Counted from the stretch's first letter, positions 18,829-28,826 are shown. The stretch: DNA of 64,000 bases from Planctomycetota bacterium (GCA_044225365.1 JBGAIQ010000027.1:1-64000), one strand, 5' to 3'. Made by a program: numbers and translations. Notes: a model not told the origin generated them from the letters alone.

Positions 18829-20379
18829 TCAGTCGTCCATGTGCGCCGAGATTCGCTCGTCGCCCATCTTCACGGCCGATGCGAGGCGCTTCGAGATCTT
18901 GCCGAAGATCGCTTCGTACGTGCGAATGAAGCCCTTCGTGATGACTCGCTTCGAGAAGTCGGCGAACATCGTGTTCTTGAAGCCCTTGAGACCCTGGGCG
19001 TCGGTGAAGCGCTTGTTGTGCTCGGAGAGCAGGATCTCGGTGAAGAGCAGGTAGGCGACGTTGTAGACCGGCGTCATCCACTTCAGCTTGATCGCCTTCA
19101 ACATCAGCGGCCGAAGTTTCGGATTGCGGACGACGATCGGGAACCACTTCTGGAAGTTCTCGAACTCGTGGCGGTTCTCGTAGGCGATCGGGAGCGAGCG
19201 GTTGAAGCGGTTGTCGAACTTGTCCCAGCTCTCGGTCGCGAAGCCCATGTTCTCCGTCATCTCGTTGATGTCGGTCATCGGATAGGGCTGGAGGAGCGAC
19301 ACGAGCGGGTGATCGACCCGCGCCTCGATGTTGAGGTCGAGCGTCTCGAGCTCGTCGCTCAGGGTCGCGCCCGGTCCGCCGATCATGTTGAGCGAGCCGA
19401 GGCGGATGCCTTCCTGCTTGATCCACTTCGAGGCGTTGAGGAGCTGCGCCTTCGTCGTGTTCTTCTTGTAGACCTGATTGCGCATGAAGTCGTTCGCGGC
19501 TTCGAAGGCGATGCGCGTGTAGACGCACCCGGCCTTCTTCAGCAGCTTGATGTGCTTCTCGACCGTCATGTTCGCCATCAGGATGCAGTCGAACGGCAAG
19601 CCGACTTCCTTGGGCCAACGCTCCGCGAACTCTTCGAGCCACTCGTTGCGCAGGTTGAAGATGTCGTCGACGAGATGGGCCATCCGCATCGGGTACTTCG
19701 CACGGATTGCATTGACCTCGGCGATCAGCGCCGAGACCGAACGGCGGCGCGTGTACTCGACCTTCGTGAGGTCGTAGACCTTCTTGCGCCAGGCGTGATG
19801 GAAGCAGAACGAGCAATCCATCGGACAGCCGCGCATCGTGATGAAGACCTTGCGGTGCGCGTTGGCGTAGAGCGGCGCCGCGTCGTAGACCATCTCGCGA
19901 TCGGGAGAACCGATGGCCTCGTACTCGGCCTCGGTCATGATCGGACGCACGCCGTTCTGGACGAGGGATCCGTCCTTGCGCTTGAACCAGAAGTTCTTCG
20001 TGTCGTAGATGTCGACGCCGTCGCGCATGCGATTCGCGAGGTCGACGAACGCCATCTCGCCCTCGCCGCGACACACCGCGTCGACCGGCCCCTGTTCGAT
20101 GAGGTTGGGGACGAATGTCGGGTGCGGTCCGCCGTGGATCACGAGCGCGTCGCACGCGCCCTTCACCTGGCGCGTGTAGTCCATCACGAGTTCCTGCATC
20201 CCGGTCGTGTACGAGAACGCCACGATCTGCGGGTCGTACTCCTTCAGCTTCGCGATCCAGTCCTTGTCCGGGAGGAAGAGCGCCTTCGTGTCGTGACCCG
20301 CGTTCTTGAGCGCGCGGGAGAGGAACATGATTCCGAGAGGCTCTTGCGGGATGTACTCGTGGACGAAGAGGACGCGCAT
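18829..20379 (-). CDS. Cobalamin-dependent (class B) radical SAM protein
   Basis: N-terminal B12-binding PLG..GGPHPT..RGEGE; RGCPMDCSFC. Confidence 0.9.
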   Translation of the reverse strand: MRVLFVHEYIPQEPLGIMFLSRALKNAGHDTKALFLPDKDWIAKLKEYDPQIVAFSYTTGMQELVMDYTRQVKGACDALVIHGGPHPTFVPNLIEQGPVDAVCRGEGEMAFVDLANRMRDGVDIYDTKNFWFKRKDGSLVQNGVRPIMTEAEYEAIGSPDREMVYDAAPLYANAHRKVFITMRGCPMDCSFCFHHAWRKKVYDLTKVEYTRRRSVSALIAEVNAIRAKYPMRMAHLVDDIFNLRNEWLEEFAERWPKEVGLPFDCILMANMTVEKHIKLLKKAGCVYTRIAFEAANDFMRNQVYKKNTTKAQLLNASKWIKQEGIRLGSLNMIGGPGATLSDELETLDLNIEARVDHPLVSLLQPYPMTDINEMTENMGFATESWDKFDNRFNRSLPIAYENRHEFENFQKWFPIVVRNPKLRPLMLKAIKLKWMTPVYNVAYLLFTEILLSEHNKRFTDAQGLKGFKNTMFADFSKRVITKGFIRTYEAIFGKISKRLASAVKMGDERISAHMDD

Positions 20380-20940
20380 GGATCTGCCCTTGGACCAATG
20401 GTGATGGATCGAGGAAGGCGGTCGGGCAGCGATGGATAGCTCAAATGTGGCATGTGCAATACCTGATTCTTGGGCGAAGTCTCGTCGATGCGTCGCGGGT
20501 CCGTTCCGTGCGCCGCCCGCCGGAGACCGCCTTCACCAAGATCAGCGTCGCTTAGCGCTCTAACCTCCTTGCATGCTCGGTTTGTGTCGAGTCGAAGTGA
20601 GTGACACGAGGTGTGCTCTCGTCGGAAGCGCCCGGCGGGTGCAACCGGCGCCGAATTCTCGAAAGCCCTTCACGATTTGACCCGGCCACCGACCAGGAAC
20701 GAGCCTCCTACGCGTCGTTGCATCCCGATCGAAGTCGTGCTTGGACTGCAGTCCAGGCCCTCATCGGGATTTCTCTTGGACCGCGCGAGTTTTCCGCGCG
20801 TCCGAACTCGGTGGGATCGGTTTGGTGCCCCGTGATCCATGGGAGTACCCACTGGTCGCGGGTCTGGATCGACCAAGATCACGGATCGTCGACGCTTCGA
20901 GGATTCGCGCGCGGATTCGGACGATCGTTCAAAGAAACCG

Positions 20941-21546
20941 ATGGCGGTACTTTGTGCAGAACACGGTCTCTTGTTCATCGGGAGCAAGAGAACGGCATCG
21001 ACGGCCGTTGGGAATGCACTCGTCGAGCAGCTTCGCGGGGTCTACGTTCCGCGAGTCAGGATCGAACTCCGGCCATCGGGAAACATATCGAAACGACACT
21101 CCACGATCGCCCAGATCGAACACTATGGGCTGATCCAAGTGGAGCTCGATTCGCTCCTGAAGGTCACGACGGTTCGAAATCCGTTCGACTCGCTCGTCTC
21201 GCTATGGGCGAAGGAGCGGTTCCGGGAGAACCGTACGCAGTCGTTCACCCAATTGAAGAGGGTCGATTTCAGCGAGTGGATGTGGAAGAAATTCAACCAC
21301 CGCGAAGTGATCTCGATGAATCGAGACTTCGTTCAAGGCGTCGATTCGATCTTGCGCTTCGAATCGCTGCAGGACGATCTGAACGGGCTTCTTCGTTCAA
21401 GAGGCATCCCGCCGGTCGTTCTGCCCGTCGTGAATCGGACGTCCGAGCGAGATCGAGATTATCGCAAGTACTACGATGATCGCGCGAGAGAGGTCGTGGA
21501 AAGAGTGTTTGCTCCCGATATCGAGAACTTCGATTACACATTCTGA
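20941..21546 (+). CDS. Sulfotransferase family 2-like protein
   Basis: LFIGSKRTAST (5'-PSB-like), VRNPFDSLVS (3'-PB), RFESLQDD, YRKYYD...DIENFDYTF. Confidence 0.75.
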   Translation: MAVLCAEHGLLFIGSKRTASTAVGNALVEQLRGVYVPRVRIELRPSGNISKRHSTIAQIEHYGLIQVELDSLLKVTTVRNPFDSLVSLWAKERFRENRTQSFTQLKRVDFSEWMWKKFNHREVISMNRDFVQGVDSILRFESLQDDLNGLLRSRGIPPVVLPVVNRTSERDRDYRKYYDDRAREVVERVFAPDIENFDYTF

Positions 21547-21625
21547 CTCGGCGGCTCGAATCGGTATCCATGGAAGTGCAGACTCGCGCCGAGGATTCGA
21601 TGGCACCAGCGATGAATGGACGAAC

Positions 21626-23191
21626 ATGACGGCTCGAAGGTCGGGTGCGCCGCGCGAACGCCGAACTCGTCAGTTCGTCCGAGCGGCGATCGTCGGCGTC
21701 CTGTCCGGAGCAGTCGCCGTGGCGTTCCACCTCGCACTCGAATACTGTGAGGAATCGAGGCGATGGCTCCTCGACACGCTGGGCCGACGATCAACCACGT
21801 TGTCCGTGCTCATTCCCGTCATCGTCTTCTCCACGATCGGTGCGTTCGTCGGATGGATGACCGAGAGATTCGCGCCAGAGGCTGCCGGCAGCGGCATTCC
21901 CCACTTGAAGGGCGTGTTGCTTCACCTTCGAGCCATGAATTGGCGAAGGGTCCTTCCTGTGAAGTTCTTTGGGGGTGCGCTCGGAATCGGGGCAGGACTA
22001 TCCCTCGGGCGCGAAGGACCCACGGTGCAGTTGGGAGCCGCGGTTGGAGCGTTCGTCGGCGAGGTGCTCCGAGTTCCCGATCGATCGCGCAACTCCCTCA
22101 TCTCCTGCGGCGCCGGGGCCGGCTTGGCCGCGGCATTCAACGCCCCTCTCGCCGGATTCCTCTTCGTCATCGAGGAGTTGCATCGCGAACTGTCCGCGAT
22201 GACGTTCGGAGGCGCGTTCGTGGCCTCGGTTTCGGCCGACATCCTCGTCAAGCTCGTGGGTCGGGATCGCTCGGCATTCGCGATCCATCACGAAGCGGGC
22301 ATGCCGGCGTCTCTGCTTCCGTTGCTGATCGTGCTCGGAGCGACTTGCGGCGTCCTCGGCGTAGTCTTCAACAAGGGTCTCCTGTTCTGCTCTCAGCGCC
22401 TCCGAGATCTGATACCTGTCTCACGCACGGTCTCGGTCGCTTCCGCTGCAGGGATCGCGGGCCTCGTGGCGTGGACCGTGCCCGATGCGCTCGGCAGCGG
22501 CCAACTCGCGGCGGCCTCGATCCTCGACGGGTCCCTCGATCGGTCGACTCTCGCTCTCCTCGTTCTGCTCGTCGCGAAGTTCGGGCTCACACTGCTCAGC
22601 TACGGATCCGGAGCTCCTGGAGGAATTTTCGCTCCGATGCTGCTGCTCGGCGCCACGGTGGGAGGAATCCTCTCGAATCTCGCAGGCGCGCTGTTCCCGA
22701 TTCCCGATTCGAGTGGATCGGCCTTCGCGGTACTCGGGATGGCGGCGTTCTTCTGTGCGTCGGTGCGAGCGCCGCTCACGGGAATCGTGTTGATCGTCGA
22801 GATGACCGGCAACTACGAGCACCTGCTCGACATCTGCGTCGCTTGCCTTTCTGCTTACCTCGTTGCTGAAGCGCTCTACGACACGCCGATCTACGACGCA
22901 TTGCTCCATTCGGATCTCCGGCGACAAGGACTTCTTCCACGCGAGCTGGATGGCGTCGAACCCCGTTCGCTCGTGTTCGTCGTCGAGCCCGGCGCACCGA
23001 TCGATCAGTCGCTGCTGATGGACGCAGGAATTCCGTCCGGCTGCCTGATCGTCGGCATCGAGCGGAGTGGACGCGAGATCATGCCGCGACCGAAACTGAA
23101 GCTGCTCGCAGGCGATCAGCTGACGGTTCTGCTGGATCCTGGCGAAGAACGAGTGCTGAGGCTCCGGGAGTTGACGCGGGCGTCGGGCTGA
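21626..23191 (+). CDS. clcA: ClC H+/Cl- exchange transporter with C-terminal TrkA-C (RCK_C) domain
   Basis: GSGIP, GREGP (gating Glu), GIFAP, IY motifs; GCLIVGIERSGREIMP...GD. Confidence 0.9.
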   Translation: MTARRSGAPRERRTRQFVRAAIVGVLSGAVAVAFHLALEYCEESRRWLLDTLGRRSTTLSVLIPVIVFSTIGAFVGWMTERFAPEAAGSGIPHLKGVLLHLRAMNWRRVLPVKFFGGALGIGAGLSLGREGPTVQLGAAVGAFVGEVLRVPDRSRNSLISCGAGAGLAAAFNAPLAGFLFVIEELHRELSAMTFGGAFVASVSADILVKLVGRDRSAFAIHHEAGMPASLLPLLIVLGATCGVLGVVFNKGLLFCSQRLRDLIPVSRTVSVASAAGIAGLVAWTVPDALGSGQLAAASILDGSLDRSTLALLVLLVAKFGLTLLSYGSGAPGGIFAPMLLLGATVGGILSNLAGALFPIPDSSGSAFAVLGMAAFFCASVRAPLTGIVLIVEMTGNYEHLLDICVACLSAYLVAEALYDTPIYDALLHSDLRRQGLLPRELDGVEPRSLVFVVEPGAPIDQSLLMDAGIPSGCLIVGIERSGREIMPRPKLKLLAGDQLTVLLDPGEERVLRLRELTRASG

Positions 23192-23295
23192 ACGTGCACG
23201 CGATCACCGCAACCGGCGCCGAATCTGCTTCCCCGATTTCACGTCGATCTTGTAGCCTCGGCGAGTTCCTCGACGGAATCCTCCTCGACGGAACC

Positions 23296-23353
23296 CAAGG
23301 GTGCAGAGTCATTGGGACTCCAGCAGGCTGCGAGATGGTCGGGCCGCCATCTC
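23296..23353 (+). ncRNA. nhaA-I-like (Li+/Na+) riboswitch candidate, copy 1
   Basis: CAAGGGTGC-A-GAGTC/GACTC-CA-GCAGG...GAGATGG-TCGGGCCG-CCATCTC; same architecture as copy at 28397. Confidence 0.75.
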
Positions 23354-23439
23354 AATTCCATGGCAACCCGTTTCAGGCGATCGTGCGCGATCACGATCGT
23401 CCACTCGAATTCGGGAGGCTGTGAACGGAACTGCCTGCC

Positions 23440-25659
23440 ATGCGTCGGTCGACACAGAGATATCTCGCTCTCCTCCTGCTCGGCCTCGCCGTCGCACTGT
23501 GGGTCGCTTCGAAGATCGTGACGGTCACGACTTGGCAGTGGTTCGAAAGGGACTTGGCGTTACGAGCCGAGCTCGCGGCCAATGGAGCGCGACAGACTCT
23601 CGCCGAGAGGATCGGCGCGAACGACGACACCGGCGCGATACGAGTGCTCGAAGACATTACTCGCGATGAGCGAATCATCGCCGCGGCACTGCTCAGTCCA
23701 GGCGGCGAACTCTTCGCAGTCACTCCCGATTACCCTCCGACACTGCGCGGCGAGGATCTGGGCCTCGATCTTCATCCCGACGTCACTTCGAACGCGCGGG
23801 GTGAACTCGGCACTCGCGCGATCGAGATCAGCGGTGTCCCGATCGACGTCAAGGGCGCCACCTATCATGTCGTATTGCTCCACGACCTCAGCTTCGTCGA
23901 GCGACGCCAAAAAACCGTGGATCGCTTTCTTTGGGTTGGGTTCCTCGCGCTCTTGATCTGCGGTGCGCTCTCGCTGTTCGTGGGGACGCGACTCTCATGG
24001 GGTGAATGGACTGCACGTTTGCGCCGATTCGTCCGGGGCGAGACGCGCGAAGCTCTATTCCAACCTCTCGTCGGCGAGATTCGGGACCTCAGCCGTCGTA
24101 TCCAGGATCAACGAGGTGGTGCAACGGGGAATCCATGGACACCGGCGCGCCTCAAGCAGTTCCTCCGTACCGAACTCATGGGCGAGCGAGTCATCATGCT
24201 CGCGAATCGCGAACCGTACATACACGTCAAGGACAAGGAAGGAAACGTCCGCGTCATGCATCCCGCGAGCGGCCTCGTCACCGCGATGCAGCCGGTCATG
24301 CGAGCATGCTCCGGAGTGTGGGTCGCACATGGAAGCGGCACCGCGGACCGCGAAGTCGTCGACGCGAAGGATCACGTCGGCGTTCCACCCGAATCACCGC
24401 AATATACGTTGAGGCGCGTGTGGTTGTCGCCGGCCGAAGAGCAGGGGTATTACTACGGATTCGCGAACGAAGGGCTCTGGCCGCTGTGCCATCTGGCGCA
24501 TGTGAGGCCGGAGTTTCGCAGATCGGATTGGGATCAGTACCGTGCCGTGAATCAGCGCTTTGCCGACGCAGTCTGTGAAGAAGCGGATGTCGACGATCCC
24601 ATCGTTCTGGTCCAGGACTACCACTTCGCGCTCGCCCCTCGAATGATCCGCGAGCGACTTCCCCGCGCGAGTATCATCACGTTCTGGCACATCCCGTGGC
24701 CAAACGCGGAGCGGATCGGCGTCTGCCCCTGGGCGAACGAGATCCTGGACGGCTTACTCGGAAGTTCCATCCTGGGCTTTCACACCCAACTTCACTGCAA
24801 CAACTTTCTCGACGCCGTCGACCGGCTACTGGAATCGAGGATCGACCGTGAAGTGCACGGAGTCCAGGTACAGGGACGCGTTTGCCTCGTTCGACCGTAT
24901 CCGATATCCATCGAGTGGCCGCTCCGATGGCCAGCGGAGTCACCGCCACCGACCAAGTGTCGACAAGTGGTGTTCGATGAACTGGGACTTGCTAAGGATG
25001 CGATCCTAGGCGTCGGAGTTGATCGTCTTGATTATACAAAAGGCATTCTCGAGCGATTCCGCGCGGTCGAGCTCGCATTGCAGCGAGACCCCGAGCTCGC
25101 GAGACGCCTGACTTTCGCACAGCTATCGGCGCCTTCGCGTTCCGCGATCGAGAAGTACCGAGATTTCGATCAACAAGTCATCGACGAGGCGGCACGGATC
25201 AACCGTCAGTTCCAGCGAGCGGATGGTGGTCCGATCCGCTTGCTTCGAGCACACCATGAACCGCCCCGTGTCCTTGCTTTCTATCGTGCGGCCGATTTCT
25301 GCATGGTCACGAGTCTCCACGACGGGATGAACCTGGTGGCCAAGGAATTCGTCGCGGCGCGGGAGGATGAGCGCGGAGTGCTCATCTTGAGCAAGTTCAC
25401 AGGGGCCGCCAAGGAGCTGAGCGAAGCGCTCGTCGTGAATCCTTACGATCTGGAACACTGCGCTGCGGCGATTGCTTTTTCCGCCGCGATGCCGATCCAC
25501 GAGCAAACTGCGAGAATGCGAGCGATGAGATCGGTAGTCGCCGAATTCAATGTCTACGCATGGGCCGGTCGAATGCTCGCAGATGCTGCGCGACTTCGCT
25601 GGCACGAGCGATTGATTGGACAGCTCAGTCGGTTTCCGGACTCGTTGGGGACATCATGA
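23440..25659 (+). CDS. otsA: Trehalose-6-phosphate synthase (GT20) with N-terminal TM-periplasmic-TM extension
   Basis: [50 protein letters not shown]. Confidence 0.92.
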   Translation: MRRSTQRYLALLLLGLAVALWVASKIVTVTTWQWFERDLALRAELAANGARQTLAERIGANDDTGAIRVLEDITRDERIIAAALLSPGGELFAVTPDYPPTLRGEDLGLDLHPDVTSNARGELGTRAIEISGVPIDVKGATYHVVLLHDLSFVERRQKTVDRFLWVGFLALLICGALSLFVGTRLSWGEWTARLRRFVRGETREALFQPLVGEIRDLSRRIQDQRGGATGNPWTPARLKQFLRTELMGERVIMLANREPYIHVKDKEGNVRVMHPASGLVTAMQPVMRACSGVWVAHGSGTADREVVDAKDHVGVPPESPQYTLRRVWLSPAEEQGYYYGFANEGLWPLCHLAHVRPEFRRSDWDQYRAVNQRFADAVCEEADVDDPIVLVQDYHFALAPRMIRERLPRASIITFWHIPWPNAERIGVCPWANEILDGLLGSSILGFHTQLHCNNFLDAVDRLLESRIDREVHGVQVQGRVCLVRPYPISIEWPLRWPAESPPPTKCRQVVFDELGLAKDAILGVGVDRLDYTKGILERFRAVELALQRDPELARRLTFAQLSAPSRSAIEKYRDFDQQVIDEAARINRQFQRADGGPIRLLRAHHEPPRVLAFYRAADFCMVTSLHDGMNLVAKEFVAAREDERGVLILSKFTGAAKELSEALVVNPYDLEHCAAAIAFSAAMPIHEQTARMRAMRSVVAEFNVYAWAGRMLADAARLRWHERLIGQLSRFPDSLGTS

Positions 25660-28208
25660 ACCCATCATCGCGACTCGATCAACGGCTTCGCGAGATCTCG
25701 ACCGCGCCGGTACTGCTCGTCGCCACCGATTTCGACGGGACTGTTGCCCCCATAGTGCCCCGGTACGAGGATGCGACAGCGGATCGGGACGCGATCGTCG
25801 CGCTGCGAATGCTCTCGCAATTGCCGCATACCTTCGTTGCGGTCATCTCGGGACGTTCCCTCGATGACCTTTCGAAACGCATGGACGGAGCGTCGGACTT
25901 CCATCTCATCGGCAGTCATGGAAGCGAGTTCGAATCGGGCTTCGCCGAGCGACTGACCGAAGCGGATCTCCACCTTCTCGAAGCGATCCGAATCGAGCTC
26001 GAACCGATCGTGGCGCGCTTTCCGGGTTCGCGTATCGAGCTGAAACCCGGTGCGCTCGCATTTCACTTCCGTGAACTCTCGGATGAGGAAGGCGCGCAGG
26101 CGGAGCAAGCTGTCATGCTGGGACCGGGTCGCCGTCACGGCGTACAGGTGCGCCAGGGAAAGAAGGTGGTCGAATTCTCTGTCGTTCCGGCGAACAAGGG
26201 ACTGGCTTTGGATCGGATTCGCCAGCGCGTTGGGGCCACGGTCGTGGTCTACCTCGGTGATGACGTCACCGATGAAGACGCGTTTGCCGCACTGAGTGGG
26301 CCCGATCTCGGATTGAAGATCGGCAGTGGAGGTACGAGTGCCAAGTACCGAGTGCCGGAGCGGTCGGACGTTTCTCGCCTTCTCGCGCGACTTGCCGAAG
26401 CCCGAGCCGAGTGGCTGGCCGGTCGAGATGCCGAACCGATCGAATCGCATGCGATGCTCTCGGACCAACGCTCGATCGCGCTCTTGACGCAGAGCGGCAG
26501 GATCTCATGGTTCTGCTCGCCGCGCATCGACTCGTCGGCGCTGTTCGCAGAACTGGTTGGTGGCCCTCCCGCCGGATTCTTCGAGATTCGCGAGGAGGGC
26601 TCGTCGCGACCGATTCGACAACGCAATGACGGCGACACCTTCACCGTGATCACGGAATGGCCCAATCTGCGGGTCATCGATTATCTCGATGCTGCGAATG
26701 GGCGCGCTTTCCAGCGTGCGGGTCGGACGGATCTCGTTCGGGTCGTGGAGGGGGCGGGACGTGCTGCGGTCACCTTTGGTCCACGACTCGATTTTGGTCG
26801 AATTCCGACGCGACTGTCGAAGGCCGACGGAGGACTGGTGGTCGAGGGGGCGCGTGAGCCCATCGTGCTCTACACCCCCGGTGTCGAGTTCGAGATCGTC
26901 CAAGACGGAGCGCATCAGACAGCGTATGCGACCCTCGAGGCCACGGGCCGGCCAATCGAATTCGAACTTCGTTGCGGCACTCGCAGTCTCGCACCGACGA
27001 TGAAGTCGGAGCGCATTCGACGCGACTCCAATCAGCGGTTCTGGAGCAGTTTTGCATCGACTCTGGTCTTGCCGACTCGATTCGCCCAGCCCGTGAAGAG
27101 GAGTGCGCTCATCCTGAAAGCACTCACGTACGGACCCACCGGCGCAATCGCGGCAGCGGCGACGACGAGCCTTCCCGAGTGCCGTGGCGGCGTTAGGAAT
27201 TGGGATTATCGATTCTGTTGGCCACGAGACGCTGCGATCGCGTCTCAGGCGCTTGCCCTCATCGGTGCGATAGGAATCGGCTCGAAATTCCTCGATTGGC
27301 TGATCGAAACACTCGAGCGAACGTCCTCCGAGCCAGGTTCGATCGATCTTCCCGCACCGGCGTATTCGGTGACCGGAGCGCACCTCTCGCCCGAGGCCGA
27401 ACTCACTCATCTCGCGGGCTATGCGGGCAGTCGACCCGTGCGCCTCAGCAATGCCGCCTCCCAACAGATTCAGCTCGATGTTTTGGGCCCAGTGGTGGCC
27501 CTGGTCGCCGAACTCGCGAAACACGGCGCTCCGATTTCGGTGGATCATTTCCGGCTCGTGGAACTCGCCGTCGAATCCGTTCGCGCTCGGTGGATGGAGC
27601 CAGACCATGGGATCTGGGAGATCCGCCTGCCGAAGCGCCATCATGTTCATTCGCGCGTCTCGTGCTGGCTCGCCGTCGATCGCGCCCTCGTCGTGGCGCA
27701 CTATTTAGGGGTGACACGCGACGGGTGGGTCGAACTCGCGAACGAGATCAAGAACGATATTCTCGATCGCGGATTCCATCGGTCGGTGAATGCATTCGGT
27801 ACGAGTTATGAAGACCCGGCGGCGGATGCTGCCGCCTTGATCACAGGCCTATCAGGAATGATCGCTCCGGATGATCCACGCTTCATTGGAACTGTAGATT
27901 GGGTGGAGAGGAACCTAAAGCAAGGCTCGGCGGTGTACCGTTATCGATTCGACGACGGGCTCCCTGGAAGAGAGGGAGCCTTCAATATAGCAACGACGTG
28001 GTTCATCGAGTCGCTCGCCCTTCTCGGTCGCTACGATGAAGCTGAGAGTCTGTTCGCTGATTACCTTCGACTCGCCGGCCCGACCGGCCTCATCGCCGAG
28101 GAGTTCGATCCGGAGACGAAGGCGGCCCTGGGAAACGTGCCGCAGGCGTACTCGCATGCCGGTCTCATCTTCGTCGCTCACCGACTGTCGACGCGGGCCG
28201 AACATTGA
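25656..28208 (+). CDS. otsB: Trehalose-6-phosphate phosphatase fused to GH15 (trehalase/glucoamylase-like) domain
   Basis: HAD DFDGT, SGR, NKG, GDDVTDEDAF; GH15 RNWDYRFCWPRD, DHGIWEIR, EEFD..LGNVPQAYSH; ATGA overlap with otsA. Confidence 0.9.
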   Translation: MNPSSRLDQRLREISTAPVLLVATDFDGTVAPIVPRYEDATADRDAIVALRMLSQLPHTFVAVISGRSLDDLSKRMDGASDFHLIGSHGSEFESGFAERLTEADLHLLEAIRIELEPIVARFPGSRIELKPGALAFHFRELSDEEGAQAEQAVMLGPGRRHGVQVRQGKKVVEFSVVPANKGLALDRIRQRVGATVVVYLGDDVTDEDAFAALSGPDLGLKIGSGGTSAKYRVPERSDVSRLLARLAEARAEWLAGRDAEPIESHAMLSDQRSIALLTQSGRISWFCSPRIDSSALFAELVGGPPAGFFEIREEGSSRPIRQRNDGDTFTVITEWPNLRVIDYLDAANGRAFQRAGRTDLVRVVEGAGRAAVTFGPRLDFGRIPTRLSKADGGLVVEGAREPIVLYTPGVEFEIVQDGAHQTAYATLEATGRPIEFELRCGTRSLAPTMKSERIRRDSNQRFWSSFASTLVLPTRFAQPVKRSALILKALTYGPTGAIAAAATTSLPECRGGVRNWDYRFCWPRDAAIASQALALIGAIGIGSKFLDWLIETLERTSSEPGSIDLPAPAYSVTGAHLSPEAELTHLAGYAGSRPVRLSNAASQQIQLDVLGPVVALVAELAKHGAPISVDHFRLVELAVESVRARWMEPDHGIWEIRLPKRHHVHSRVSCWLAVDRALVVAHYLGVTRDGWVELANEIKNDILDRGFHRSVNAFGTSYEDPAADAAALITGLSGMIAPDDPRFIGTVDWVERNLKQGSAVYRYRFDDGLPGREGAFNIATTWFIESLALLGRYDEAESLFADYLRLAGPTGLIAEEFDPETKAALGNVPQAYSHAGLIFVAHRLSTRAEH

Positions 28209-28396
28209 TTCGATCGTCGACGGCGGACGGCGGCGAGCGCTACAGGTCGTCACGATGCTCGATCGCTCAGGGCCTGCGGTCGAGAGGACCACGGTTTTCT
28301 TCGAAATCGACTGCGGTCCAAGTGCGGACCCGCTAGTCTACCGGTTCGTTGAATGGTTCGGCTTTGCCGAAGCCTTCGACGCGCTGCGAAGCGGCG

Positions 28397-28456
28397 CAAG
28401 GGTGCCGAGCCCATTCGGGGCTCGAGCAGGCAACGTGGATGGTCGGGCCGCCATCC
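28397..28456 (+). ncRNA. nhaA-I-like (Li+/Na+) riboswitch candidate, copy 2
   Basis: CAAGGGTGC-C-GAGCCC/GGGCTC-GA-GCAGG...GGATGG-TCGGGCCG-CCATCC; upstream of NhaD-like gene. Confidence 0.78.
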
Positions 28457-28475
28457 CAAAAGGCGTTGCTCTTTC

Positions 28476-28826
28476 GTGACGACTACCAAGAACTCCGGAT
28501 CGCCCTCGGGCGACCCGAGGGCCCTTATCAATACACCCAGCGGTTGCTTGCTCCACGTGTTCTCACAGTTCGGTGGCGCCATGCTCATATTGTGCGTTGC
28601 GCTGCTGATTCTTCGCCGGCCGCCGTGGGTCTTTTCCGTTCTCGACATCGTGTATCTCGTTGCGGTCATGGCGCTCGTGGCCGTGCAGCGCTTCGATTAC
28701 GCTAGTTCGCCCATCGAATCGGAGGGGCGTGTGATCGACGCGCGATCGCCCACGCTCCGCCGTGCAATGAAGACCGTTGGGCTCACCGCGGTGCTCTGGG
28801 CGGCAGTCAACTCGTTTCAGATTTGA
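28476..28826 (+). CDS. Small hypothetical membrane protein (about 3 TM)
   Basis: Three hydrophobic segments; GTG 28476 lies just after the riboswitch candidate; start uncertain. Confidence 0.55.
   Translation: MTTTKNSGSPSGDPRALINTPSGCLLHVFSQFGGAMLILCVALLILRRPPWVFSVLDIVYLVAVMALVAVQRFDYASSPIESEGRVIDARSPTLRRAMKTVGLTAVLWAAVNSFQI

Noticed and set aside
23267-23293. TCCTCGACGGAA direct repeat (15-bp period) just before riboswitch copy 1
   Set aside because: Only two copies, absent before copy 2; could be an operator but cannot be supported
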